This document shows, piece after piece, positions 1-30,431 of a stretch of DNA of 64,000 nt (position 1 is its first letter; every line of letters starts with the position of its first letter). Location: NCBI GenBank assembly GCA_030141605.1, contig JAQGDQ010000157.1, positions 199,266 through 263,265 of the forward strand, in the 5' to 3' direction. The DNA comes from Tubiluchus corallicola (taxonomy: Eukaryota > Animalia > Priapulida). Made by a program: the position numbers and the translations under genes. The notes below the pieces were generated by a model that saw nothing but the letters and a program-made list of their open reading frames with translations, was not told where the DNA came from and did not search any database.

Positions 1-495
1 AGGGGAAAGGGGAATTTTATATATCCTAAAAAACTTTTCATACAAAGTTATGTTACTTAGTATTACGTTTACATGTATGAATAACTTATGAAACTGGAAG
101 AGAAAAGTCGCCATAATATCATATGTTCGCGCCAACTGGTAAACTGTCACTGTATCACAACACCAGGGTGTACCACTGATTCGAAACAATAAGTAATTTA
201 TACTTATGCTTAGTCAGAGAAGTGTGTGGTACGAATGCTCTGATTATTTTTCGAACTTTATACAATGTTATCTAAACTTGTTTCAAACGACTTACCGTTA
301 AAATGGCTGCGCACAAGGGTCTTCGCGGGAGTTTAAATTTACAAGTTTTATACAGAGTTACTGTTACTGCAAGCTCTGTGCTTAAGACAAATAATATATT
401 TTATATAAATAAGTAAAATAAGTGTGTATAGGTGATACAAAATTTTAAGCTAATTTTTAAGCTTTATTTAAGAAGAGTATTTTCTTGCCCGTGCT
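1..495 (+). mobile_element. TTAA-type non-autonomous element, family C (Kolobok/T2-like)
   Basis: Starts AGGGGAAAGGGGAATTTT, ends ...GTGCT; similar to copies at ~17420-17802, 29847-30431 and 34165-34896. Confidence 0.65.
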
Positions 496-638
496 TTTTT
501 TACTTAATTTTTACTCAAGTTCGTTTGCGTTTCTTCACACATTCAACGATCAATGTTATAGGCAATATACCAAGTGAACTGAAAACGTTACACAGAACAG
601 TAGTTAAAAATAACGACACTTCTGCTTGAATTACTTAC

Positions 639-2830
639 AAAATCCTGGCCAGAACTTTATAGATGACAAAGTTGGGCTGTGAATGATGAATTCTTGAGTC
701 ACTGGGTCGTACGTGGCCGTCGTCTCTAGCTTTCTTATGTTTGTGCCTGAAATGACGAAACAGTTTTTACAGATACAGATAGCGAAGAAGGATTGGTAAA
801 TTGGTATGGACTTTTTGTCAAACCACATACAAATCCATCGATTTATAAAATGCTCAATCATTTATTTACAAATCGACTAAAGGCGGAGTAATTTTTTTAA
901 AGCTTTACAAAAGTTGCAAAAGTTGCTTTTATCAGTTGACTCATTAAGGGAAATTCGTTGTTTGGCCAAAACAGCTTATTTCACAGGTGGACAAAATAAA
1001 AGAAAAAATTTGTCACCCAGTCAGTCAGTCAGTCAGCTACTGATTCAATTACTTGATTTACCACTGGTTTGCACACTTAACTTCTTAGTTACCACTCAGC
1101 TGCCTGTTTACCTACCCACATGCCTGCCTATTTACCTAAATGCTTGTCAGTTTGCTTATCAATTTGTCTTTGCTGTTTTTCCCTTAGGTTAGTCGCTAGT
1201 TCTGATAACATACCATGTCCAAGTTCAGTTTGTGCGTATGTTCCCAGTATGGCGCAATTAGAAGCAAGAGGAAGCCATTTTTTCAGTTGCTCTTCGGAAC
1301 ACAAAGCTGTGATTGAAGCAATGAAACCTCGTTCATGTAGAGCGAAAGGCATAAATTCGAACCCTCCTTGTACTGCACTGAAACAATAACAATTTAGGTT
1401 TTAAAACTGCCAGTCTACAAGTAGGTGAAACCGCCAAAGGTGAAACCGATGTGTAAGTGCTGGGAAACTGTATACTAGTTACTGAACGCCCAGAACCTGC
1501 ACTCTATCCGCAATGAGCCAATTATGCACGTCCAGACAATTGGACACCGAGACAAGTGACTGCCTACAAACGTGGCGTAGACAATTACACGTCGAACCAA
1601 CTGCACATCAAGATAAGTGCGTGCCTACAAAGCTTGACCTAGACAATTACACGTCTGGACAACTGCACATCAAGACAAGTGCGTGCCTACAAAACTTGGC
1701 CTAGAAAATTACATGTCTAGACAACTGCACATCAAGGCAAGTGCATGCCTGCAAAACTTGGCATAGACAATTACAGGTCTAGACAACTGCACACCAAGAC
1801 AAGTGCGTGCCTACAAAACTTGGCCTAGACAATTACAGGTCTAGACATCTGTATACTACCAAGACAAGTTCGTCCCTACAAAACTTGGCATAGACAATTA
1901 CAGGTCTAGACAACTGCACACCAAGACAAGTGCGTGCCTACAAAACTTGGCCTAGACAATTACAGGTCTAGACATCTGTATACTACCAAGACAAGTTCGT
2001 CCCTACAAAACTTGGCCTAGACAATTACAGGTCTAGACAACTGCACACCAAGACAAGTGTGCACCCACAAAACTTGACCTAGACAATTACATGTCCAGAC
2101 AACTGCACGCTAAGACAAGTGTGCACCCACAAAACTTGGCCTAGACAGTTACAGGTCTAGACAACTGCATACCAAGACAAGTGCGTGCCTACAAAACTTA
2201 GCCTAGACAATTACATGTCCAGACAACTGCACGCTAAGACAAGTGCGCACCACAAAACTTGGCCTAAACAATTACACGTCTAGACAGCTGCACACCAAGA
2301 CAAGTGCACAACAAAAAAAGTAACCTATTAAACTTTTCACTCATAAAAACCAAAGAGGGTTAGGAATATAAATGAAAGATGCCAAATTAAAAGCACTAAA
2401 GCTAGCTCTCCAAATTTTACACAATGCTTCAAAGTAAGTTTAAGCATAAGGTAGTTTTTATTATGAATATTTATAGCTTCTGTGGGTCCAAGATTTTAAC
2501 CCTACTGAACCTTTATAGATAAGAAAGACATGTGTGTCAACACAGACTGTCTAGATGGAAAGATTTAAAGTTGTTGGTAATTTATACTAAGCTGCGATGC
2601 CAATACATTTTTATTGTTCATGAACAAAAAATTAACATCACTGGGCTCATTTAAAGATGTAGTGAAGCTATATTGATGTCAGCAAAACGTTAATATAAAC
2701 GTAGAAGCAAACATCATTTTCACTTGCCTAATTTGTGTGTGAGAAAAAATGAAAAAATAGAATCAGAGAGAAAAAGACGATTGTATTACTGTGTACCTAT
2801 ATCTTGTATTACTATGTATGTATGTCAAGG

Positions 2831-2926
<96 letters not shown>

Positions 2927-2950
2927 TGTGTGTGTCTGTCTGTGTGTGTC

Positions 2951-2990
<40 letters not shown>

Positions 2991-5041
2991 CGACAAGTTG
3001 GCAACTTTTGCGGTAGGTCTGGCGAATCTGGCAGTAGTTCAGATTTGTGCGTTCTACGACAAACTTTTTCCGTTTAGCTGAACATGAGCTTCTACACTAC
3101 ATTCCGGACATTACCAAATGCAAAACGGCTGCGTATACATCCCGTTTTTCCTTGAACCTCTTATATGTGGAATTCTTCACCAAAAAATAGTTTCCGCGTT
3201 AATTACAGGCTCACTTGATAGAAAAATATTGTGAAAGTTGTAACTGTATATTTTAGGTGCTGCCATCTATTGATTAGTTACTTTAACATTTTACTAGTTA
3301 AACTCACCCTTAGTACAATTGCTCGGTCCAGTGAATATGCAAACTCACTGGATCTCCCCTATCTTTACTGTGATGGGATATGTGAAGCCAAGTTTTTGCA
3401 TAGTTCTCTACCTATATAAACTGGCTAGATTTCACTTCTAGCCACTGTCTAATTCTTCGTGATCAGTGCAGGACACTCTGGTCCTCAGTGTTGTTTAGCA
3501 GTCATGTTACCTATAACTATGTAGTGTAATAAAAGTGTTTCAGTTTTTGTGCAAACATGTAATATGGTGTTTACTTGTGTTCAATTTCAACTTCATAACT
3601 AACTTTCACAAATATGATAGATTAGCATATCAATATCAAATTACTTCTGACAACTCTAAAGTTCCGAATCTGCATTAATATTTCTGCCTTTATACTGTAT
3701 CATCTTACCCCGAGCGGAAACTTGCTTTAATATCACCTAGATAATTCATAATGACAAGAATGGATATTATTAATAAAATGCCACAATACAGAAAGCAGGA
3801 CAAACAACACGTTTCAAAATAAAAGCCAAAGAGAACCAGAGCCACAAAGTTGCTATGAAAGTGCCTACATTAGGACGCCCTATAATATTGAGTTATGAAC
3901 AGGCATTCTTGATAACAAGTGCAATGTCAGATGATGGTAATCTGGCGAACCTGGCATACCAGAGTAGGGTACAGTACAGTAGAGTAAAGCAGAGCAGAGG
4001 AGAGCAGAGCTGTGTGTGAATTATTCATTCTAGTGGAAAATTCATTTCGCATGATTATTACTGTTTTTCAAGTTTTAGTTACACGAAAATCGGGCCCTAT
4101 TTTAAAATATAAAACAATCTACCCTATAAAATTTTGAAAGAAGTCATAAAATTATGGCATACTATTTTTCATAATAAAAAATAATGATAATGATAATAGT
4201 TTTCAAAGAAATACAAGATAAAATATACCTATAAAAACATTCATCAAAGTAAGTAAAAAAATCAATAAAAGTTAATTTGACATTAATTGCATCTGCTGCA
4301 CATGCTTGCCGTATTATAAATATACGCCTTCCATTAATTTCAAACTTACTTCATGAAAGTGCTCAAATCTTTTGGATCACGCAGACCAAACTCTTCGATT
4401 TTCTTTCTGAACAGGTATCCTTTATGCAAGTTTTGCTCATAGTACCCCGATGCGCTAAGAAAGCGGGAATCTTTTACTTTCTGGAAGTCTTTGTCGTTGT
4501 AAACCATGTTTTCTGAAGAAAAAAGAGAATTACAGATGCTATAAACTATTCGTAACTTAACTAGTGCATATTATTATCGCCGGTGTCATCCTCGTCATCA
4601 ACAGAATCGTCGTCGTTATCATCGTTAAACTGGATTTTGAACTCCACGGCATGTTATTATAATAAAGGCAAACATGACAGTTTTGCGAACATGTTTTATT
4701 TAGAACTTTTGAAGATCTTTGCTTTAAAAGCAATCTCAAGAGCAGAGTTGACTAATTCTCAAGGCACTATCACAAGCAAAACTGTATAACCAATGTAAGG
4801 CTAGGTGACTCGTAGCATAAATTTAACCACTTTGCAGTTAATTCAAGAATTTACTTCAGCTAATAACTAGAGAATTGCAGTTTGCATTCAGGTATTCAAC
4901 AATTTAAAAACACCTACCTATCTGATGCCTTCTCTTTGTGACTTCCTTTCCTCCCTCTAGTGCATACGTGAGGTGTTCCGGTTTAAACGTTGCCCGGGAA
5001 CGCTCGCGTGTCAAATCAGGGTTCAGTTTAGCTGAAGCCAT
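639..5041 (-). CDS. ACOX1: Peroxisomal acyl-CoA oxidase (ACOX1-like), exons 1-4; 3' part lies beyond window start
   Basis: Exons 5041-4918, 4512-4350, 1377-1214, 746-639, all GT-AG and in frame: [31 protein letters not shown]...[10 protein letters not shown]...[46 protein letters not shown]. NPDLxRER and YAQTExGHG are ACOX1-family motifs. Exact paralog uncertain. Confidence 0.93.
1520..2310. repeat. 62-bp minisatellite (~13 units) built from ~16-bp subunits
   Basis: Unit CTAGACAATTACAGGTCTAGACAACTGCACACCAAGACAAGTGCGTGCCTACAAAACTTGGC; lies in ACOX intron 2. Confidence 0.95.
2833..2992. repeat. (GT)n microsatellite ending in (GC)n
   Basis: Directly visible. Confidence 0.98.
4019..4207 (+). 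repeat. ~190-bp direct repeat, copy 1
   Basis: Near-identical to 6269-6465 (AATTATTCATT...CGAAAATCGGGCCCTATTTTAAAATAT...GATAATAGTTTTCAAA). Confidence 0.9.
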
Positions 5042-5749
5042 GTTGTAGTGGCGATTTTTAGCTAGCAAAGTTGACAAGTTTTCTTTCTAGAAAAAAGTTT
5101 CTACTGACAACATCAGCGTCTACACTATAGGTAATGTATGAATATGCACAGTCCAGCTTTAATGTGATCTATAGGTATGCGTGTTATCTGCACGTTTTAT
5201 GCGTCTAAAGTTCTATTTGCATAACCCAGAGTGCAACTGTTTAGCAAAAGACACTGGCATGCTCTTTATTTGGCACCTGGGATAAAAATTGCTCATTCAA
5301 GGGCGTTTATCGGGAAGCATTTTATTCGCTCTAATTATCTTCTTTCTTTTTTCCTTCTATTTGCCGCCTCTTTCTCCCTTTCTTCCCTCTCTATTTCTCT
5401 CCTATTTTTGTAGTCCTAAGCTTAACCAGTTAATGTCCGATCTGTTCCAATCCTGCAGGCTTGTAATGAAAATTAGTTCCTGGAAGTAGTTCCTTCTTCA
5501 GGAACGTGGACGCGAAACGAGTTTATTATATCAAAAAGGAACTTGGAACTGGAATTAGTTTCTTTTCTAAAAAGTTAGAGGAGCTACGGAAGTTGGATCT
5601 TGTAACGGAGAAACAAGAACTTGAACCAGTTCCTAAAGCTAGGGAGCTTTATTTTATGATGCTACCATCCATATAAATCCCGCTCCGTAAATTGTGACTT
5701 TAAATGAAATGACGTCATTTAGTAGGTTGGATTTATTTTACTGTTGTCA

Positions 5750-6130
5750 CTTAAACTTGCAAAAGTATAACAAAGAAATTTGCATATTATATCTATTAAT
5801 CATAACATTAACAGTAACCATTTTTAGGCGCAGTAGTAGGTGCTATTCACTTGAAAAGTGTGACGTAACTGGTGGGCTTCGTGGCTTTTTACAAGCACTC
5901 GCTGTTTAAACTAACTCATCTACAGAAGTATTCAGTAATTCGCATAATTTGCTATCCATTTTTTTTGCAAAAACTCATTACACCTTTTGTCAGAAATTGA
6001 CTACTTGTCTTCAAGACGAATGACGTCATTAGTGGAAGAATGGGCATTAAAAATGGGAGCGCCTAAGTGTGAAATGATCACGGCTTTAGAGCGATTCTAC
6101 TAAGCTTCCCAGAAGATATGGCATTTTCTT
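5750..6130 (+). mobile_element. Degenerate family A element fragment
   Basis: Shares TCTTCAAGACGAATGACGTCATT..GGAAGAATGGGCATT with family A copies at 32727, 51018 and 57226. Confidence 0.6.
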
Positions 6131-6268
6131 CAACCCAGTTCATAAACGTTGACTTTAACTCTACGCAAGTAGTACACAGGAGTTCAAAGTACACAGAGTT
6201 TTCGGCAAAATTAAAATCACTCTAGATTTCATGCGTTGATGTATTATAATTCTAACAAAATCCATTAA

Positions 6269-6465
6269 AATTATTCATTGTAGTGGAAAATTCATTTCAC
6301 ATGATTATTAGTGTGTTTCAAATTTTAGTTAAACGAAAATCGGGCCCTATTTTAAAATATGGCTTAAAACTATCTACCCTATAAAATTTTGAAAGAAGTC
6401 ATAAAATTATGTCATACTATTTTTCATAATAATAAAAAATAATGATAATGATAATAGTTTTCAAA
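6269..6465 (+). repeat. ~190-bp direct repeat, copy 2
   Basis: Near-identical to 4019-4207. Confidence 0.9.
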
Positions 6466-6469
6466 AAAT

Positions 6470-6975
6470 TAATGACTTATGTGAAAGAATGATTATGAGA
6501 GAAATGTAGTTTGCATTTGTGCCGTTAGTTCGTTGCTGTTGTAAACATGCTTTTCACCATTCGCCAGTTAGGTGGGCAATTAACACCTGCATCTTGGAAA
6601 CGTGAATCACAAAAACGAGTGCTGTACCATTCAAGTTCAGAGGTGTTCAGTTGTGATGTAGTGCACACGTTCGAGAGTTTATGCCTGAGAGCAGTGATAA
6701 ATTTAACAGAACACATTGAAAATTAAAATTTTCCGTATTTTTGTATACCACATTGAATGTTGTACAACAGCACTCTACTTCAATTTTCGCATTCGCAAAC
6801 ACGTGCAACACTCTCGAGGAATGTTTGTGCTATCGGAATTACGATCAATTAATTGTGATGTCATCACTAGTTTCCAGTTGGGCTTGCCTGCCGTTAGTGA
6901 AGTTTTTCCCCTATTATTTAATTATCAGAAGCGCTTTGATATCGTTATAGATGTTAAAATGTATACTTTTTATCC
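6470..6975 (+). mobile_element. Family B element fragment
   Basis: Shares GTGAAAGAAT...ACTTCAATTTTCGC...GTTAAAATGTATACTTTT with 20446-21041 and 60653-61256; another fragment lies at ~8960-9270. Confidence 0.7.
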
Positions 6976-6996
6976 GTAGTTCAAAACAGAATATGA

Positions 6997-7049
6997 GGCG
7001 CTATTACACTTTCGCACCGCCTAGCATGCTGCGAAAGTGTAATAGCGCC
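6997..7049. repeat. Perfect 20-bp inverted repeat with 13-nt loop
   Basis: GGCGCTATTACACTTTCGCA / TGCGAAAGTGTAATAGCGCC. Confidence 0.95.
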
Positions 7050-7154
7050 GAATCTTTTCACAAAATGTTCGAAAACAAAACCCTCCTATCGGTGTCTTAA
7101 TTATCGGTTTTACTTTTATCATTACATTTCCACTTCGTTTCTAGTCCACTCATA

Positions 7155-7250
7155 ACTACGCATGCGCGGTGCAAAAATTCCAAACGCCTGCGATTGGTGG
7201 AAACAGATGTAAACATACAGCGCCGCCCACAGGTACGAAGTAAGGTAAGT
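7155..7250 (+). promoter_or_regulatory. Probable ACSM promoter and non-coding first exon
   Basis: CGCATGCGC (NRF1-like, 7159-7167), reverse CCAAT (7193-7197), CCGCCC (7223-7228), then strong donor AAG|GTAAGT at 7244/7245 followed by T-rich intron-like sequence. Confidence 0.55.
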
Positions 7251-8485
7251 TTATCAAGTTTTTGGTTAGATTTAGTAGTTAGCTTATTAAGTAGTAGTGC
7301 CTAATTGAAAATTTGTTTGTACTTTTATTACGCGATGCGAACTTTTTTATGTTAATTAGTTGGTACTTCAGTTAGTTTGTATTAGCAATCAGTTTAAATT
7401 GCTAATTTTGTTATTATACTCTGCTGAATGTCTTGAGCACATTAGCTGCTAGTTCTTGCTCTCGTGGATCGAGTTAGTCCTATCCATTTGTAGCTTGTAA
7501 GTTCTGACTTTTTTCACATAGCTCGAAATTGTTCTTGATGTTAAGGTGCTAAAACTGTAAGCTTTTGTGCACACAGCAACTTGGGAAATTTCAGAAGTTG
7601 AAAACTTTTTAATCGTGTAAGGCAACAATCCTCGAACTTTTTAGACCATTGATCTCTTCATGGAATCCTTGTTTTCTCGTCGACTGCCAGGCATGTACAG
7701 AAAAAATCAATATTAATAATAATTAAGTAGATGTGCAGTATCTACTTAAGTACAGTGTAGACAAACTGAACTTCTCAGATGCCTATACTATACGCATGCA
7801 CTAGTTTGCATTACCCCTAGTTTCATTAAAACTTAACATCAATAATAATAATAATGGAAGAGAAATTTCATAAATAATATAGGTAAAATTAAAGACATTA
7901 AAAAAGTAACATAATATTTTATTGAATTTGTTGACATCATTAATGGAAAGTATGTGTTTGATGAGCATCAGCAAGGGCATTGATATTTGGTTGGTCATTT
8001 GTGAGTTTCATTTGTAAGTCACCGTGCTCTTCCCTCTGCTTCTCTCATTCTGGTTCATTCTGTTTCTCTGTTTTGTTAGCACTGCATTTGCACTAAAACC
8101 CGCTTCAATCATGTACGAACTTGGGAATGCAAGTAAAGCATTGCATGCCTTCTAATTTTCAAAAAATAATTACGATGTAAAAAGCTCTTGTAATTTTTAT
8201 TTAATTTATTTTTATTTATTTTCTAATATTTATTAACATTTTATGCTATTGTATTATAACGTCGATAGGCTATAGGCTTTGCTAAATAATAATTTCCCAT
8301 TGCTTTCTGCTTTACTTCTAATATGGATAGTTACAACATAATATTATTCACCATGTAACCTACCTATAGTACGTGAGTACCTTATGTAGTACATTTATGA
8401 TTTTGCTAATTTTTGCAATTATAGTAGGCTTGTGGGCTGCTAGTGGAACATGCTAGGATTATAGAACTAATATACTGACTTCAAC

Positions 8486-26114
<17,629 letters not shown>

Positions 26115-26550
26115 ACAGTGTTTGAGTGCTGAATAAGTGAATATCTCACACAGGAAAGATGAAATTACTATATTTTTATATCTGCAATCTTTATACCTTT
26201 TGCATTCCAATAACTTTTTGATTGCGCTTTAAAATTTTCCACAAAATAATTAAATTGGATATGTCCAGGACTGTATCACACATGTTACTTGTGAGCTTTT
26301 CATACATTTGTACTTTATAGTATATTCACTGGCCAAATGTTGTCGATGAATTATAAGAAAATCAGTATTTTGCACTTCTAACTGCTGCAAGCTCTACGGC
26401 AATGTTTTTTCATACAGGTAATTTAGGTTAACATGTTGCTGATGCTCTTCAGAAATTATTGAGTTGATTAAATATTATTTGTGCATGAAAAGTACTAGTT
26501 AGTGAAACTAATGTCTTTTGCTCCATGTCCATATGAATCTACTATATTAA

Positions 26551-27091
26551 AGGAAAGGACAAGTCATTTAGCATGCTGGGTGTTATCACCTAAATTCAGA
26601 AAAATATAAGAAGGAAATTTGCAAAATCCAAAAATTGTCTATAAAGCATACAGTTAATTTACACTACCATTGTGTAGTAATTTTCAGGTGTGTTGGTTGC
26701 CGCCATTCATTTAAAAATCATGACTTAAGTGGGAGATTTTGTGATTTTTCCTAAGCGCGTCGTCACTTTCCGTAAACGCGCGCTGCTTGTCCCAGTTCAA
26801 CTTCTGCAGCTTACCTAATGTTCATGCAAGAGTATCATAAAATTGGTTATCTAATTTTTTGTAAAAACTTACAGAAATTTACAGTGTGCTGTTTTTCTTC
26901 AGTCATTGATGATGTAGTTGTAAGAAGAATGGGCTTTCAAAACAGCAGCGCCTAAGCATGAAATGATTGCAACTTTAAAGTGATTTTACTAGTTACACGA
27001 GACGCTTATTGCAGTTTTATTACTAAATCCTTATAACATTTTTCGTGAACATTGAAGTAAGCCTAAGTTCCCAGAAGGCTTGGCATTTCCT
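26551..27091 (+). mobile_element. Family A TTAA element (Kolobok/T2-like MITE)
   Basis: TTAA|AGGAAAGGACAAG ... CTTGGCATTTCCT|TTAA. Confidence 0.8.
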
Positions 27092-29846
27092 TTAACTACA
27101 TGGCGCAATTTGCTCTTTTGGTAAACTAAGGTTATTACATTCAAAGTGCGTCTTTGTCTACTTGTCACTGATTATTTCAATTCAGATGTAAAGTAAAGAC
27201 AGTGAACCGTTCAGTAAGATCTGTCTTAGGTGGTTTACTTTTGCTATTAAAAAATAGGTTAGCTAATTATGCAAATTAATTTGCAAGTACTGTACCTTTG
27301 TTTTGATAAGTTCATATGTACTGCTTTGCTTAGTTTGTTTTAGTGTAAATTTTCTTGAACTTTAACATCACTCGTCCCATGAATTTTTTTTAGTCTCGAA
27401 TTTGTTGTGGCTGGGTCATTTACAGCTGATTCATTAAAAAGATTCAACAAAAGATTAGTTTTTGGAAGACACCGGTATACATGATACTAATTAAAAAGTA
27501 TTTATGAGAAGAACTGTGCGAGCTTTAACGGAAAACATACTGTGAGTTGGGCAGTTATAGAATGGAACGGCTTTATATGGATTGTCGAGTTTTCTTATTG
27601 CTACAGTACTCATTGGGTGATAACATTTGGGAATGATCTCGTGTAACGGAATTCGTACATAGCCTTTTGTGTTTTTATATACGTGTACTTGTGCAGCAAT
27701 AAAATCCGGAAACTAGCAGTTAAGCTTTTCTAGTTATGCACATATCCCGAATCTCCATTTCATGAGGATCATTTTGATGCCAAGTTCATCATTCTATCTC
27801 ATTTCTAAGCTGAGATCACCCACATTGAAGTTGAATTGCATGCTATACACTGAAAAACATAATCTTGAAAAAATCGCTGTTAAAGTTGGCCATTGTTTTT
27901 TGTTGTGTTTTTGTCTACAAAAACACTTAGCAACTGTACGAACGGATGGTTGTTATTGACTTTACAAGAATACATATCAAACATAGAATTTGTGTACACT
28001 TGACAACGCCTCGCAACCCATGCTATTGTAATTGTAATTAAGAAAAGGGGCGAATGCTACCTATAGAACCTTACCTAGTTCATTTCTCCTGTTCCCAAGC
28101 AAGATCCAGCACAGACTAATGCGTAATTAAGTAAAGTCCACTTAACTGTAGTTACTGAACTGGGCTTTGCTTTACCCACATGTTACGTGACGATTGTAGC
28201 TAAGACGCGTTGCTGTGGTACACTTAACCTTTGACCTACAGCAACTGCACCTGCACAACAAAACTGTGAAATGGCTTATTCAGAGCACAGTATGAACCAT
28301 GCTTTTGTCTCACTATTAACAATGTAGTTTTTCAACACGGTGACATCAGTCCTCACTACTTACAAACTGTTAGGGACTTTCTTAAATAACTGACTTTCAT
28401 TGGATCCCCAGAGGTTTTTTTAAGTGACAGGTTTGACATCCTGCCAAGGCTATATCAAGCAAAAATTTAATGAAAAAAAAACCAAGACGACGACTTCATG
28501 AATTTGAAATAACAATTAGCGTTGTTTGCATAAACATTTAAAGGAAAACTGCACGATTGATTAGACTCAATCTCATTTTAATTTAATCTCCAAAATATGC
28601 ATTTCTTGCCTATAAAAGTTTGCAGTTGTTTCTAATATTTGTGTAATTGCCTTGAAAAATTAATTAATGGCAACTGAACACAGCTATCACTTACATCACA
28701 AACTAACATCAAGCACATTGGTGTAAGAGAAGATTGCTATAAGATACTGATGTGATGTTCGCCTGCACCAATTTGAAAACATTTTGCTTTGTTAATTAAA
28801 CAATGCAGAAAATTTAAAGTAAAGTGTATAGTGACTTTTGAGACACCCTGCATTTTTGCTAATCAGTCACGTGAATATATTGTTTACTAGTATTTAGATT
28901 ACTAATGAATTATTTTGTAGCTTTAATAGTTAAGATGTGTCTTTATATAGTTAAGATATTTCTAAATACGACAAATATTACAATTATGTTATCAATGATG
29001 AGGTCTTATAGTTGCTAATTGTTGATAGTATTACTTAATGTTTCCAATAATAAAATTAGTTTGGTTGTTAAAGATTCTAAGATATTGTTCATGTTTTATA
29101 GACTAGTGATGAAGTTTAAAAGTACAATTTATGTTATACAACTTTCATATTTACCTGTCTGTAATCTATAGATTTATAGCATTTTTATAATGGAAGATTT
29201 TTAATTAATTTTTATTATAACTATTTTTCATAGTTTAATTCTCCAGTTGGAAATGCACATTTTAAAGGAACACTTATATCAGCAAATTGCTTTGTGTAAA
29301 TTATTCAACAGGGCCTGTGGTTCTCTTCCATGGGCAACTCCATTAGCAATGATTATAGTTATTTTTGAATTTAGGTCAAAAAAGAATGATAAAAGTATGT
29401 CTGAAAATTTTAAATACCGCACAGCAATTTTTGGTATATTCAGATGTTTTACAAGGATGCAGTGACGTTGATTTAAGCACAGACCAAGCTTGTTGAAAAG
29501 AAATTCTATTATTGAATTTGCATGTAAGTCAATTCAAAGATCTTTCTTTATTATATGATTACTAGTTTGTGATTGTTACTGTTGTTAATTCTAATTCTGC
29601 TTCAGAACCGTTTTTTATTTTCTATTGAATGAAATGCATTTATGCGTTTCTTTTTATTGTTGTAGTCAGGGATACAACCAGCAGTTGACTTGCAGTGTAA
29701 CCAATTTGTGATATACAGCATTCATAACGAAATTTATGTGCATGTCGAGTAATGTAGCCTGTTAAATGATTTATCTAAAATTCTATGAAAATATTTTGTA
29801 AGATTTTAGTCTATGATTTATAGAGTTTTATTCAAACCCTTCTTAA

Positions 29847-30431
29847 AACACGAGAAAACACTCTTAATAAATAAAGCTTTAAAAATTCTTATTGAAATTT
29901 TATGTCACATATTCTGTCTTGTTGTGCACAGAGCTTGCGTTAGCAGTAGCGCTGTATAAAACTGTAAATTTAAACGCCTGCAATGATCGTTAGGCAAAGC
30001 CGTTTTAATGGTATGTCATTTGAAACAAGTTTCAATAAGACTATCTAAAGTTTGAAAAATAATCACATCATTCATAAAGTACATTCTTCACTGACTGAGC
30101 AAAAGTATAAATTACATTATCTTGTCAGTAAGATCAGTAATGCGTTTTTTTGGTGAGTGGGTGGTGTACACTGGGATAGTTCTTTACCAACTGGCACGAA
30201 TATTTTAAGTTATGAGGTATATCTTTAAATTACATTATCTTGTCAGTAAGATCAGGAATGCGTTTTTTGGTGAATCAGTGGTGCACACTGGAGTAGTTCT
30301 TTACCAGATGGCACGAATATTTTAAGAGATCAGGAATATCTTCTCTAGTTACATAAGTCTTTCAAACACGTAAGCGTAATGCTAAGTAATATAACATTGT
30401 ATGAAAAGTTTTAAAATTCCCTTGTTCCCCT
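29847..30431 (-). mobile_element. Family C TTAA element with internal ~119-bp tandem duplication
   Basis: TTAA|AACACGAGAAAACACTC ... AATTCCCTTGTTCCCCT|TTAA; AAATTACATTATCTTGTCAGTAAGATCAG occurs at ~30109 and ~30227. Confidence 0.75.

Noticed and set aside
2724-3081. ORFs with (CV)n/(TH)n
   Set aside because: Translations of the (GT)n microsatellite.
4557-4789. Acidic or Ser-rich reading frames in ACOX intron 1
   Set aside because: Decayed GAT/GAC triplet tract; exons 1 and 2 already join in frame.
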